Shown: positions 10,656 through 23,860 of the stretch, piece by piece
How the letters are laid out: each line of letters begins with the position of its first letter
Position numbering within the stretch: the first letter of the stretch is position 1
Assembly (NCBI RefSeq): GCF_001194135.2
Contig: NC_068997.1
Location: 6,884,272 to 6,948,271 of the forward strand
Reading direction: 5' to 3'
DNA from: Octopus bimaculoides
Taxonomy: Eukaryota
Length of the DNA: 64,000 bases
Translations under genes and position numbers: made by a program
Notes under the pieces: model-generated
Told to the model about the DNA's origin: nothing
Seen by the model: the letters and a program-made list of their open reading frames with translations, nothing else
Database searches by the model: none

Positions 10656-11638
10656 TCCATCCATAGATTGCATGTACTGTTTGCTGGTCTATTAAATTAA
10701 ACATCCAGCAACACTGATGATATGCAACTTCAACTGGTGCACTTACTATTCAGTTTATATAATATTAAATAAGTGTTTATTTTTAATTTTTTATCAAGAG
10801 CAACAACTAAAACATTATTCTCCACTGTGTTTATCCTTAAGCCATAACTGATCAAATTTCTCACTAATTTCTTTTATGAGAAATTCTCTTACACAGAACC
10901 TCTTCTTTGCCTGCCAGTTTATAGCATGTGACTCAAATATATTGTCTAGATGAGCAAAAAGATAAAGTGCAATAGTTTGTATGTCTTGAAATCAAGGAAT
11001 ATGACACTAGTGGTCTCACATACTGATACAAAACCAAATTGTGTATTGTTTAACATAATATGTCTTTGTACTAACTCATCAAGCACACTCTAATTCCTTC
11101 ATCTGTCCTCAATAGACATATCTCCCGCAACCCTTACCGTCAGACAGTACATGCTTCTGTTTACATATCTGGAATTATACGACTAATACTGAGAGTAATT
11201 TCCTCATTACACTTCATATAAATATAGAACAGCAGTTTTGAAGGAAACGTTTTCATTCTATTCACACAAACATCATCACTTCTTAAGCAGCTTACACTCA
11301 TTTCACCATGGAACCATGGTATTTAGATGAAGTGTTGGAACAAGTATGTGTTTTTTTTTGTTTTTTTTTAACCAAACTATCTTAATTACCCAACCATGAT
11401 CAGCTTAAAAATTAGGAACCAATTCAAATGAAATGATTGTCAACACATTACAGATAGGTTCTTGACCAAAAAAATATACATAAATTATTAGGCACAGAAA
11501 TTATTCAAAGAAAAGGAAAAACTTTAGTAAATTCTTAGTTGAGGAAAAATAATTATTAATTGTAAAACTATCAATTATTATCTTGATCCTTACAATGTCA
11601 TCAAATATTCAAGGAATTCAAGACTTTCCATATCAACC

Positions 11639-11639
11639 C

Positions 11640-11676
<37 letters not shown>

Positions 11677-11830
11677 TATATAACATCTGTTTTCCATGCT
11701 GGCATGGGTTGGACAGTTTGACAAGAGCTGGCAAGCCAAAAAGCTACAGCAGGTTCGCATTGGCTGTTTTCACGTGGTTTCTACTGCTGGGAAGCCCTTC
11801 CTAATGCCAACCACTTTACAGAATGCAGTG
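11639..11830 (-). mobile_element. Family A RTE-type 3' end with long (GAT)n tail
   Basis: Homologous to 5004-5195. Confidence 0.7.
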
Positions 11831-12907
11831 AATGAGGGAGAGAGAGAGACATAGACAGACAGACAAAGAATATATATTGATAGCAAGCAATAGAAAACAA
11901 AATTGTCATGCTCCCCATTTCTCTCTCTCTCTCTCTCTCATTCTCACACACACACATGCATCAGGTAGTCAATGAACAGAGTAGTTAAAGTATTAATTAG
12001 AATACTTTGCAACATTTGTTCTGGTCCCCTACACTCCAAGTTCAAACCCTGCCAAGAACAACTTTGCCTTTTGTTTATTTGGGGAGTCAAAGAATAAAAT
12101 GCCAGTCAAGTACTGCGGTTGATTCTCGTCTCTCTGAAAGAAAGTGGTGTGCTCAGATCTGGACAAAGACCCTGTCAGAAGTTGAGAACTCCATCGTAAC
12201 CCATCATACACAAACACATACACATACACATAAGCATATAAACACACAGGCACACACATAGACATACACATAGACATACACACATAGACATACACATAGA
12301 CATACACATAGACATACACACAGAGCACTGTGAGTGTTGAATATAAAATTGAAGAAGGGTGAGTCAGAAATTCCTCACCAGTTGAACGATGAGGTTTCCC
12401 AACCAACATTACTTTCTTTTTACATTTGCCCTTCAAGGTACCACAAGCTGAAGAGTGCAGTGTACTGCATGGGATTTTGCCATGTCTCTTAATACACACA
12501 CACACACACACACAAACAGGCATCATATCTGAGAGGGCCAACCTTTTAAATATTTTCATTCACAGTCTGCCTTTGACAATGGGTACATTCACCCAGCACA
12601 AGAACAAAGTAGTTCCTGTGTGGTCGGTCACTCGACCTGCAAGAAATAATAGCCAAATTTCCTCAAAACTACCATATTATCTCAAAAAAGGAGAGACACA
12701 TTGCAGTCTGAGATCTGTAGACCCTCAGGGTTGGGGGGAGGGTCCATAGAGCTAGTAACAAGGGTCAGAGAGCTTAATTCAAAATTTGTTGAAGAGACAC
12801 CTTTGAAAACCTAGGAAAGTCTGTAAGGGAACTAATTTATATTTTTTTAAAAAATGCTTTTAGTAGCAAAAATGTTGGAAACCACTGTTCTAGATATATG
12901 TACTGAC

Positions 12908-13225
12908 ATTCTGTCAGTTATGGATGTCAAGTGTTCCATTTGACCCAATCAACAGAAGAACCTGCTCGTGAAATTAATGTGCAAATGGCTGAGCACTCTA
13001 CAGACACACGTAACCCTTAATGTAGTTCTTAGGGAGATTCAGCATGAAACTGAATGTGACAAGGGTTAAGGTTTTTTGAAATACAGGTACTATTCACTTT
13101 TGCCAGCCAAGTGGACTAGAGCATCAGAAAAATAAAGTGTCTTGCTCAAGGACACGATTTGTCACCAAGAAAATTGAACTCATGATTGAGAGCAAAATAC
13201 CCAAACCACTGAGCCATACACCTTC
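12908..13225 (-). mobile_element. tRNA-derived SINE, family C
   Basis: Reverse complement matches 45968-46270 (gtgtccttgagcaagacactttattt...gtgtctgtagagtgctcagccatttgcacattaatttcacgagcagg). Confidence 0.75.
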
Positions 13226-14670
13226 ACTCTAGATCTACAGTGACAGAATCACCTCACCTAGGATACTTTGACCCATAGCTCCAACTTTGGGCCAAACAAT
13301 TCTGTAGTAAGAACATTGCCAAAAAACAAATTCCCTGCTTACATCAATAGTTTCTCAACTCTTTCTAATCAACCAATTCTCACATCCAATGAATCTCATA
13401 ACAACTTATTTACAATTGTTAATCCTACACACAACCAGATTCAACATCGACCTTGCATGCAAAGAGAAAACTTCTCTCTATTGCCAAGAGAGATAACATG
13501 TCACTTCTTTTTTTTTCTACCCACATGGTCTTTTAGCCCATTTATATAAATACTTGTTCAAGACTGCTCGTGCTGTTGTTAGCTATTCTAGTGTTTCCAG
13601 CTACTTCATATTTTGATTTCCTGTCAGTCTAACAGAGACTTTGCTGTCTCTTTTATGAAGCTACTGTTTGAAAAGATAACACAATACAGAATTTTTGCAT
13701 TTTCCACTCTCACATAAACAAGACCATTTCCCTAGTGATATTAACAATCTTGATATTGACCATGAAATCACCAAACAAAGGACACTAGTTCTAAAGTACT
13801 TTGTGATGGCCTCAAGGACCAGGATGAAGAGAAGTGGATGGGAGACAATATTAGACCAACAAGCCCACTAATGCGTTTGTTGTTATTTTCTCACAAGAAT
13901 TTACATTATTTACATTTAAAATGTTACAAGTAAATTAATTCTTAATTAATAAAGTTGGCTGGACATCTCTATATTCATTTTAGATAAAGAAATTCAAAGG
14001 ATTGCTTGGTATAATGGAGGAACATCAGTCATGTTCACACAAGGTGTGGGTTTGAGTCCCATGGGCAAAACTTCAACTTTTCCATCTAAAGTACTTTTTT
14101 TAACCCAATTCAACTTTGCTGTTTGTTATAGTTTTATCTACTTGGAATTCCACTGTTAAAAACGATTTATTTCATACCTCTCTAAGTTTCTAAATTCTTC
14201 TGACATAAGCACAATATAAATATACACACACACACACATATATATATTATATNNNNNNNNNNNNNNNNNNNNNNNNNNNNNNNNNNNNNNNNNNNNNNNN
14301 NNNNNNNNNNNNNNNNNNNNNNNNNNNNNNNNNNNNNNNNNNATATATATATATATATACATATATAGGATATGAGGGGTTTAGTTCACTGGTGATCTAA
14401 ATGAATAGGTACGCTGAGTAAGTGTTATAATTGGTCATCCGTTAGGTTCCAAGTTCACAGCTGAAGCTGGAGCTAGGGATCTGTATTAGGCTTCTGTGTT
14501 AGCAGGTATATGTTAGAGGAAAAAGGACAAAAACCAAAGTAGGACGAGCCTTGATATCCCAGAAACAGCTGTAAGACTTTAAATCAACCTTACCCTAATT
14601 ATATTATTATAAATGACTTGAGATACTTGTCTTGCCTTGGTTCTTTTACGTCCTTTTCCTCTACTATATA

Positions 14671-14880
14671 TCATCATCATCGTTGTTTAACGTCCGCTTT
14701 CCATGCTTGCATGGGTTGGACGTTTTGACTGAGGATTGGCGAGCCAGAAAGCTGCATCAGGCCCCAATCTGATCTGGCAGAGTTTCTACAGCTGGATGAC
14801 CTTCCTAACTCCAACCACTCCGAGAGTGTAGTGGGTGCTTTTTACATGCCACCAGCATCGGAGCCAGTTAGGGGGCACTG
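14671..14880 (-). mobile_element. Family A RTE-type 3' end
   Basis: Homologous to 5004-5195 and 50517-50860. Confidence 0.75.
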
Positions 14881-15089
14881 GCAGGAACAGTGTTATTAAT
14901 CATGTGGATTCCCAGGTCACACATCAAAATCTGGCCCCAGGATTGCACTGGTCCTATGTATTCCAGTTGAATCTGTTTGTGGGCTGACAATAGAGTTCTT
15001 CAAACTTCCCAGCATTGAACTGCATGTTATTTTCATCAGTATATTGCATTCAGGTCTTGTTGCAGTTTTAGGGTGTTATTAAGGTCCTT

Positions 15090-15755
15090 CACTGCTTGTG
15101 ATATGAAAAGGTGCTGGTAGATATTCCATACAGTGTACTCAATGCAAATTATGGACACATAGAAGGCGCCATGGAATCACAGGAAGGTTGAACAGAAAAT
15201 GTTGACTTTGTTTGTGGCAGATACGTAGGTCCAATAAACACTATGAGCAGCACAGAGGAAGTAGATGTTCTAGAAAGCCTAGGTGACCATATTAGCAGTG
15301 GAGGAGGATGCTCTGAAAGTATAGTTTCTAGAATAAGAACTGGTCAGAGGAAGTTCAGAGAATTATTACCTCTGAGGGTAACAAAAGCTTCTCTCTCAAA
15401 GGAAAAGGCAGATTGTTGGATGCCTGTGTACAAACAGTAATGCTACGTGTAGTAAAACTTGGGCTGTAGATGCAGAGGACATGCAAAGACTAGAAAGCTA
15501 GCAAGCTCCAATGGCTATGAGACATCAGTGTTCATGTATGACAAAATGTAAATGCATTGAGAGAGAAAATTAGGCATAACAAGTGTTATATTTGGTGTGC
15601 AGGAGAGAAGATTGCACTGGTATGGTCATATGATGCCAATGGATGAGGACAGTGGTATAAAGAACTACCAACAGTTAAACATGGAAGGAACCTGTGAAAG
15701 AGGGAGACCCAGAAAAATGGAAAATGAAATGGTGAAGGCTGACCTCAAGATGTTC
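15090..15755 (+). mobile_element. Decayed RTE-clade LINE ORF2 fragment (PHD-like finger plus C-terminal region)
   Basis: Frameshifted translation KGAGRYSIQCTQCKLWTHRR..FVCGR, then SSGGGCSESIVSRIRTGQRKFRELLPL and RRLHWYGHMMPMDED...EGTCERGRPRK, which are typical RTE C-terminal motifs. Confidence 0.8.
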
Positions 15756-18608
15756 TACATGTGTAATTTCGGCATTAGAGGATCAAAATCTGTGGCAAAG
15801 CTTTTCCTCAGTCCTTATAAAAGATATTCTTAATCTGAAATGTTTTATTATTACTGACCAACAACAAATCTCATTTTAAACATTGTTAACCACAGTAATG
15901 TTCCTTTGGGGGAAGTGTAATTGGCATAGAATGTGGGCATTCCACACTAGATGCTTTATGTGAAGTTGAGAGACTCATATTTCCAAATTTAAATCTTTTT
16001 AAGTTGAACTTTATATTTTATTCCTATAGTAATCAATAAAGTGATTACAGCAACGAAGACATAAGTTAACCAGTCAGAAACACACAAAGAGTTTTCACTT
16101 CACTTAAACATTTATAATATGGTATCAAAATTTTCACCATATTACAAATAAATGTTTAAGCAAAATTGACAATGTTCGAGTGTTTGTGAGTGGTTGACTT
16201 GTGTCTTCCATACTGTAATCACTTGAGTTTCAGCAGACAATCTCAGATCAAAACACTTGCCATGCAAGTACATCTCAGTATCAATAAAGTAATGCCAATA
16301 ATATATGACGATATAACTATGAATCGAGACCACAAGACTAACAATATGCTAAAGCATTTAATCTTTTCCCTACCACAAAGTTATTTCTAGTTAGCTTCTT
16401 TTCATGCTCCCTACATTATGTTAACACAGCTATTGCATTTTTCACATGGATGGTGCCTCTGAATAATATTCTGTATATTATCATTTCATGTGCATACACC
16501 AGCCAATGTACAATATAATACATTTACTTAGTGAGTCTTTCATTACTACTTCAGCAAGTCCAATTAACTCAATGTTTTAATGATTAGGTCATAATTACAC
16601 AGAAACACATTATAGAGTTGTCTCATCTACTTGTTAAAATAACTAAAATAATATTATAGCAGAAGAGATAGAATTGATTATCTTTATGAAAACAAAACTT
16701 CAGTTTCTGTTTTTATTTCTTTTGTAATTACACAGCTTTGATACTGTGCTGCAATATTCAATATCAATTAAATTCATTTTAATTTTGTAATAATACAGAG
16801 ATACTATGGTATCTCTGTATTACCAAAATTAACAAATTTCGTAGATAATGAACAATGTGATCATTATCATAACATTTTCAAAATAATCTTAAACGCAATC
16901 CTTCCTCTGATATTAGTCCAGGTTGACTAATATAATTTTCTTTCTTCTTGTCATGTCTCCGATTAGCTGCTTACTCTTCCTAGCATTTAACATGTTAACA
17001 TTAACTTAACTATTATTTTAACAATTCAACCCTTCTTTATGTGTTTGCATCTCAGAGGATTAAAATATCAACACATTCATCGATGTTTCCTTGATATGCT
17101 AGACAGTTCCCATCTCTGTTCTTACCTACTTTATCATAAGATTAAGTAGGGCAACAGAAGTTTAGTACCTCACTCCAAACAGAGCACTGCACTAATAATG
17201 GATAATCCAATAAGCTAAGCCTACTAAACTGCCTGCTTTAAGACTACTACCTGCTTCTTGGATTTTTTTTAGCAAAACTTCCTGCAGATGCTCAGTTTGT
17301 GTATTGGCTGCAATCTTATCAGTTCTGAAAGGTCTTGCCTATCATGAACTCGGATCTTCTTCCACTGATTAATCTATAAAAAGAATCAAACATTATCCAT
17401 TCAGCCATTACAACTGATCAGTTTAATTCCATCATACACCAATGAGTCTCAAAGCAGTGTTGACTCAAAATTCACTCATAACCAAAAATTACAGGTCCAT
17501 AATATTTTTTATAAAATTCAATTTTTTTTCTTTTTTATCTGAAATAACCACATCCTTATATTGTAGAATTTGATAGTCAAATTGATTAGATATCGGACTA
17601 GTAGCTCAACGATTTTGAGTTCAAATCTACTTTAGACACTGTATTTGGTCAAAGATAGTCTACATAACTGCAATTCACTGAGCTGTCAGTAATAGCAACC
17701 AGATCATCTGAGAATATTATCTTTGATAGAATAATGATCTATTTTGGAATACATCTTTAAAATGTCTGCTTAATACCACAAAATTAAAACCTATCACCAA
17801 CTCTGAAGTTGGTTCAAGTTTTATGATTCTTATGCTTGTTTTGTTTTTTGTCTTTTTATAAATATCTAAATGATGTTAGTCTCAACATTGGAATAATCTT
17901 GATGTATATTTTCTATTGAAGAACAAATTAATTTTCACCTAATTTGAACATATTACACAATGTCTCTAAGTTCATCAGTTTTTAGTTCAACTCCACATAA
18001 AATCTCCTGTTATGTTATTTGGATAGTACATCTAATTCTTCATACCTTAATTCAATAGGAATAGACACCCACTTTTCACAGATTAATAACATCAGAATAG
18101 CATCCTACACAGAGATAGATTTATCTATTAAACACTGGAATCCGTGAAAGTGATGCTAAGCACCAATTCTTTTGAACAGTTTCACACTAAGGAGACATGT
18201 AGACTGATAAAAGTGTTATTGATCACAGTGTCAACATGAAGTCGAGACAGAAAAAATATGTTGATTGAAAACTAATGAAAATCCTAATAAAATTAAGTTT
18301 TTCAATTGTCATATATAATCATAAATTTTGTTATTATGACCTTCACCCATATGTTATGACCTTCACCTTCCTCACAGACACATGATTACATTATCACCAT
18401 TGTTTAAATATCTGCCTTTCCTTGTTGGTATTGGTTGATCCCCCATGAAGTAAGGTCTATGTCTTTCTGTATTCTCTTTCCTCACATTTGTAGGGATCAA
18501 CATTCGGAGGCCTAATCTTATCACTTCCACCAAATCTATTTTGGTTTTCTACTTCATCCTCTGGACTCTTAGGTACCTTAGGCAGACAAATCACAAATCC
18601 CTTCAGGT

Positions 18609-18938
18609 AGATGGCCCTGCTCAATCTGTAGAAAAGGTGTAGGTAGAAACTATATGATGTACCCAGTGTAAGCTATGGACACATAAGAGGTGCAGCAATA
18701 TCAAAGGAAGGCGAACTAGGAAGATAGTTTTTGTATGTGGCAGATGCTCAGGAGCAATAAACACTAAAAATGTGCAGAGAACAACTTCCGCCACATTCCA
18801 GGGAGAAAAACTAGAAGTAGTTGAGAGCTTCTGTTACCTAGATAACCAAGTCAGTAGCAGGGAAGGATGCGCTGAAAGTGTAGCTGCTAGAATAAGAATA
18901 GCCTGGGCAAAGTTCAGAGAGCTCTTACCTCTGCTGGT
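18609..18938 (+). mobile_element. Decayed RTE-clade LINE ORF2 fragment with PHD-like finger
   Basis: RWPCSICRKGVGRN/CTQCKLWTHKRCSNIKGRRTRKIVFVCGRC...LEVVESFCYL...CAESVAARIRIAWAKFRELLPLL, with one frameshift. Confidence 0.8.
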
Positions 18939-21900
18939 CAGTCACAATAGTGTGGTGTGATAGACAAAAGCACTTCATAAACAATATCCATTGGCAACTT
19001 ACCATTCATCATTTAAGATTCATTATTCTGTCCAACATAATGGCAAAAGTACTTGAGGTTGTATGCATGCTCATAGTTTTTAATCATTTCATTGTTATAC
19101 AGAAAAACACTTTAAGAAGCAAGCCACGGAAACTTGGATATGAATTTCTTAGTTTTTTAACTGTTCTAACAAGACATGACAAAAGAAACAGTTAATTGCC
19201 TTTTTCACTTGAAACAATGTCAACGCATACACAAACAACAATATGTACTTTGAGACATTTACCACACCAGGAACATGTGATAGGTGGTCGAAGACAAGAA
19301 TCTCACAGCTAAGTTGGCCATCTATGGATTTCATCTATCTCTCATATTTTGGGCGGGAACTTTTCAGACAGATCTCATCCTACTCTGAATACAAATATCA
19401 AGCTGCCACCATTAACAACAACAACAACACACATAACTAAGCAGCTGAGATATCACGCTTCATTTAACCATCGAGACATACGTATTACCCACAAGCAACC
19501 ACAACAACTCACTTCAAAGCTGTTCTGCTTCAAGGAATAGACCCTTCGTAAGCATTCCTCAACAGGCCTTGGTGTCTTTTTCAACAAGCACAAAGACACA
19601 GTCACTACACATATCACAGAGATGATTGTTTGCCTTCCTTTCTCTAGTATTGGACAATTCACAATTAAAACCCCACCAAAGTTGCTAGGCCTCACAACCT
19701 CCAGTCATTTCATTCAGAACATAGCAGAAACTGTATCTCAAACACTAAGCTTTCCTTTTTTGTAGCCAGAAAAAAATTGACAAAAATTCTCTCTCTGATC
19801 TCCAGACACACTTTCTCCTTACTCAGCCACTCTGGATAAATGGTTAAGAAGTTTGCTTTGCAGGTCTCTGATTTGATTCCACCATGTGGACATGTTGGAC
19901 AAGAGTCTTTTATTAGTTTCGGGTCAAACCAAAACTTGAGTGAAATTAGGTAACTATAGAAACTATGTGGAAGCTCATGAGATGGCTTGCACAGTAACTT
20001 AAAAATGCAGCCTTGTCAAACGCACTGTATCATGCGGATTCTTAGGGTACATGTGTCTGTGGAATACCCAACCACTTACATGAGCAGATTATGATTGAGT
20101 AAATGAATAGTCATCATGAAACTGACTGAGATCCATTACAACAGATTCTGCCCTTCTGAACCAGGTAATGCCCCGCCATCTCCTTTACTTCAACACCACA
20201 TTGAACCCTAACCCTATCGATTTCAACAGAATCTAAAGACCTGCAAAGACCAGAGACTGTCTCTTCTAACTAAGCCTTAAGAAATACATTTTCATACTTT
20301 AAATCACTTGTAACAAGTTTCAGAGCCTATACATATTCATGCAAACAGTAGAGCGGTTGATGTTAGAGAGGACATCCAGTCATAGAAACCTCGTCCAATT
20401 TGACATCACAGTCGTCTGATCAGTTGGATGTTGTTGAACCTAGCCAACCCATGCCAACATGGAATACGGGCATTAAGCGACGACGACGATGATGCTGATA
20501 TACACACGCACAAAGATATACAACATATATAGATACAAATATACCTGTACTAATAAATACAAAGACACACATAAATACTTATATATAACACGTACTATGC
20601 GCACACGGGTGTGTGTGTGTGTGCGCGTATGTATGTCTACCAAATAAAATAAAAAAGCAAGCTTCATTATAAAATATAGTTGGGATAGGCTGTCTTTTGC
20701 TATTGTTGTTGAATAAATGTACCATGAAGTTTTCTATTATTAAAAATTTGTAAAGAAAAGATTACATTATTTTTTAAAATGCGTAGAATATCCTTAGGGA
20801 TTCTGAAGCTCTCATATCAATCCACACAGAACTGGTTGTTACCGTTACAGAAAAAAAGATTTGTATTTCTTGCATGAAAGTGAAAGACAGTGTAAAAAGT
20901 TGTTTTAAACGCTACTAAGAATGAAATCAGTTAATCTCTAATCAATCACCTTGGTGGTTTAAAACTAAACTTATATAACGTAACACTATATCGCCTGCCT
21001 TCACGATTTATTGAAAACAAAAGCATTTGAATGACCTCTGCTTACAAATCGTATGAACATTTTGTATTTATAGGATTCCGTTAAAAAAGAAAAATGAGAA
21101 ATGTTCCTACATTTTTAATAACTATGCGTGCACAGGCTCTATTTTGCAAGAATACCCAATATTTCTTTATTGTCAGAACTTATGGGGGGAAAAAGAAAGA
21201 AAGAAGTGAATTATGGTCAATTACACGTAGTATTACTCCATATTACTCAAAAAGAAAAAAAATTTACTATATTTGAAAATCAGTAAATTCCTTAACACTG
21301 AATGAAATGTGGTTGAGTAATGAAGGTACAATTCATACATCGATTTCATTTAAAATATAAGATAAAAATTCTTTATCACCCAAAGGAATATTGTCCATCA
21401 AGACTGCCCTATTATTATTATTATTATTATTATTATCAGTGAGAAGGTTCTGGGAATTCTCCTACGAAACATTACAAGTAATTGTATGATATATAATAAT
21501 AATAAACACTAATTTAACCGTTTTTAATTGTTTACATACAAGTGCTCATTTATAATTCACTTAAGTAAATAATCTAAACCTAACCAAGCGCTTGTGACGA
21601 GTATAACTTTAATTAATTAAGAGTTTAGTCGAATCGAAAGGAATTAAATATTATTGAACAACGCTAAAATGAAAAAGCTCAATGTATAAGATGACCAAAA
21701 CATAAAATAGAAGTTGTATGAAATGCGCAAAACCAAACACAAGGAAGTCTGTACAGGGTCGTTCGATCTGCCAAATACAGAAACTAAATTTCCCACGTAT
21801 CATATACTATCCTTTCAGAAAATGGGTACATTGAATATAGCCCGGAGTATACAAATCCTGGAAAGAAATGATGAGATGGTCATGGCTAGAATGCCTTTCG

Positions 21901-23512
21901 TTATATATCTGATCGATCAGAACCAAGTTGAGGGGAGGGGGTGGGTGAAAAACCCCAAAATTGTTTCAAAGCCTAGCCATCAACAACAAGAGAAAATAAA
22001 ACAAGATCCTGTCTTCTATTAATAGTTTGGAACTAACCATTGATGGAGGAAAAATAAAACTTTGATAATGGAAATACTTTCATGTACATTAAAAACTAAT
22101 ATTAGCAATTTATTTACATTGCTTTAATTTTGTCACATGGGAACTCAGTATCGCTACAGCATCAAATAAGCATTAAAAGAAAAGCTGAAGAAAGCGATTT
22201 TCACAGCTGATTAACACGATCCAGATATTACAAGTTAAAAGTAAACAACAATTTAAAAGAAACTGTTAAGTAAGGGATCGAAATATTTTATTGTTTCAAC
22301 GAAACATGAATGATTGTTTGCCAGAAAATGGGAGAGAGTGACATCCCTCGTGACCCGCCCCTGCAATACAACAGTTCTTCTTCTTCTCTGTTCTCTTAAT
22401 GAAAAGTTAAGAACAGGAAGTAGCGAGTGGTGGACATGTAGGGGAAATAATCGCAACATGGCCAACAACTTGGCTGCAAGTTGAGGACGACTATTATTCA
22501 ACAAGCTGAACCGATTCATTCAACTTCACAACGATTAACCGAGCGGAGAAATACACATGTGATGTGTGAAGATGAACATTCGGATAACACAAAGAGTTAA
22601 TTGGCTTTTTACATGATTTCCCACCACAACAAGGCACAACTAGCAAACATAAATATGATTGATTTATACAACACTAACGATGTAACGTTATATTTCTCAA
22701 AATCTATTTCCAATGTCTTGCAACAAATATAAAAATCAGGATGCGAATTGATTGAAAATACATTGCTCTGTGCATTTCCGTCCTAATGCTGTTGCAGGAA
22801 AGATATAAAAAGGATCCACGTGTTTAAGCAACAGATAACAAAGTTCACTGATTGCAATCGTAAAAAATTGAAGTAATAATTATTTTTGAAAAATATTAAC
22901 TAATTGAACATCAAAATAGGAAGGAGAATGAAATTATAAAAAAACATTTGTTTCGAAATAATATCTTTACGTGCGAGAAAAATGATAGCTTATGACAATC
23001 TCGAAATTGTAGCAGCCGAATTAAAAGAGAATATAGATTGAGATTTCATAATTATATCGAGGAGATTACTGGAGCATCAAGGATATCAGGGTTAGCCAAC
23101 AACATAGATAAAAGAGGCGTGAAAAACAGACATTTAGATTTGTTTCATTAAGGAGTGACGTACATTCCGAGTTATAAGAGTAACAATATATTAAAGAAGC
23201 TCCTTCCTATTTCGCTGCTGAATTTCACAACCACCAAACGGGATATGTAAGTTCGAATTAAACACGACCGAACGGTCACATTTACAAAGCAATAAATTAT
23301 TAGAGATCGAAAAACTGTAGACCTATATTTACCACGAGAGAAATCTAGGAACGATCCACAAATCATGAATCGGGTAAAAAGTTAGGTTTACGACCAAAAG
23401 AGGAACCAGAAAGAATTTCCAATGCAACCAACATCGCCTCAGACTTACGACTGTTTACAAAGTTGAGCGATGACAATGTTAACGAAGACACCAAAGAACT
23501 GATCCAACTTAC

Positions 23513-23649
23513 TCTTCTTCTGACGGCGCTGATGTAAGGGCCGTGTCCACCTGTTCTTCAGTTCTCTCGACGTCAGCAGAAAAGGGATCGAATTCGTCTT
23601 GTTGCAAGCCACAGTTGGAATTGTCGACGGTATGTTTCAGCTCCGCCAT
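23513..23649 (-). CDS. RASA1: RASA1 probable first coding exon
   Basis: ATGGCG start. Translates MAELKHTVDNSNCGLQQDEFDPFSADVERTEEQVDTALTSAPSEE followed by GA|gtaagt. The phase-2 join to exon 2 gives EWYHG. The region is CpG-enriched relative to its surroundings. Confidence 0.75.
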
Positions 23650-23860
23650 TCTCCCTCATGGCACAAGTCCGCACCTACGACAAGTGTAAATTCTGACTGG
23701 CTGATTTCTCGTCCAATCATATCGCTCCAACCACTACCATCTCAGTTGTTGCTTTCACTCACACGTTTCATTACATAGTTTCGAATCTGCATCTAGTGTC
23801 GCTGCTATCAACACTGTCAGAGTAACGAAGAGAGGAAACGAACGAGTCATGTCTAAATAT
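23650..23860 (-). promoter_or_regulatory. Putative RASA1 5'UTR / proximal promoter
   Basis: CpG-enriched, microsatellite-free sequence immediately upstream of the ATG. The TSS cannot be determined from sequence. Confidence 0.4.

Noticed and set aside
10440-10704. ORFs rich in CV/HT/YI/SL/RE repeats (also 33880-34198, 49579-49974, 60610-60813, 63676-63969)
   Set aside because: They are translations of di- and tetranucleotide microsatellites.
12720-12897. hAT-like right end TTGGAAACCACTG-TTCTAGAT
   Set aside because: No matching left TIR or TSD was found.
12908-20130. Inverted family C SINE pair in RASA1 intron 1 as a dsRNA source
   Set aside because: The copies are about 7 kb apart and the second is short and diverged, so pairing is unlikely to be efficient.
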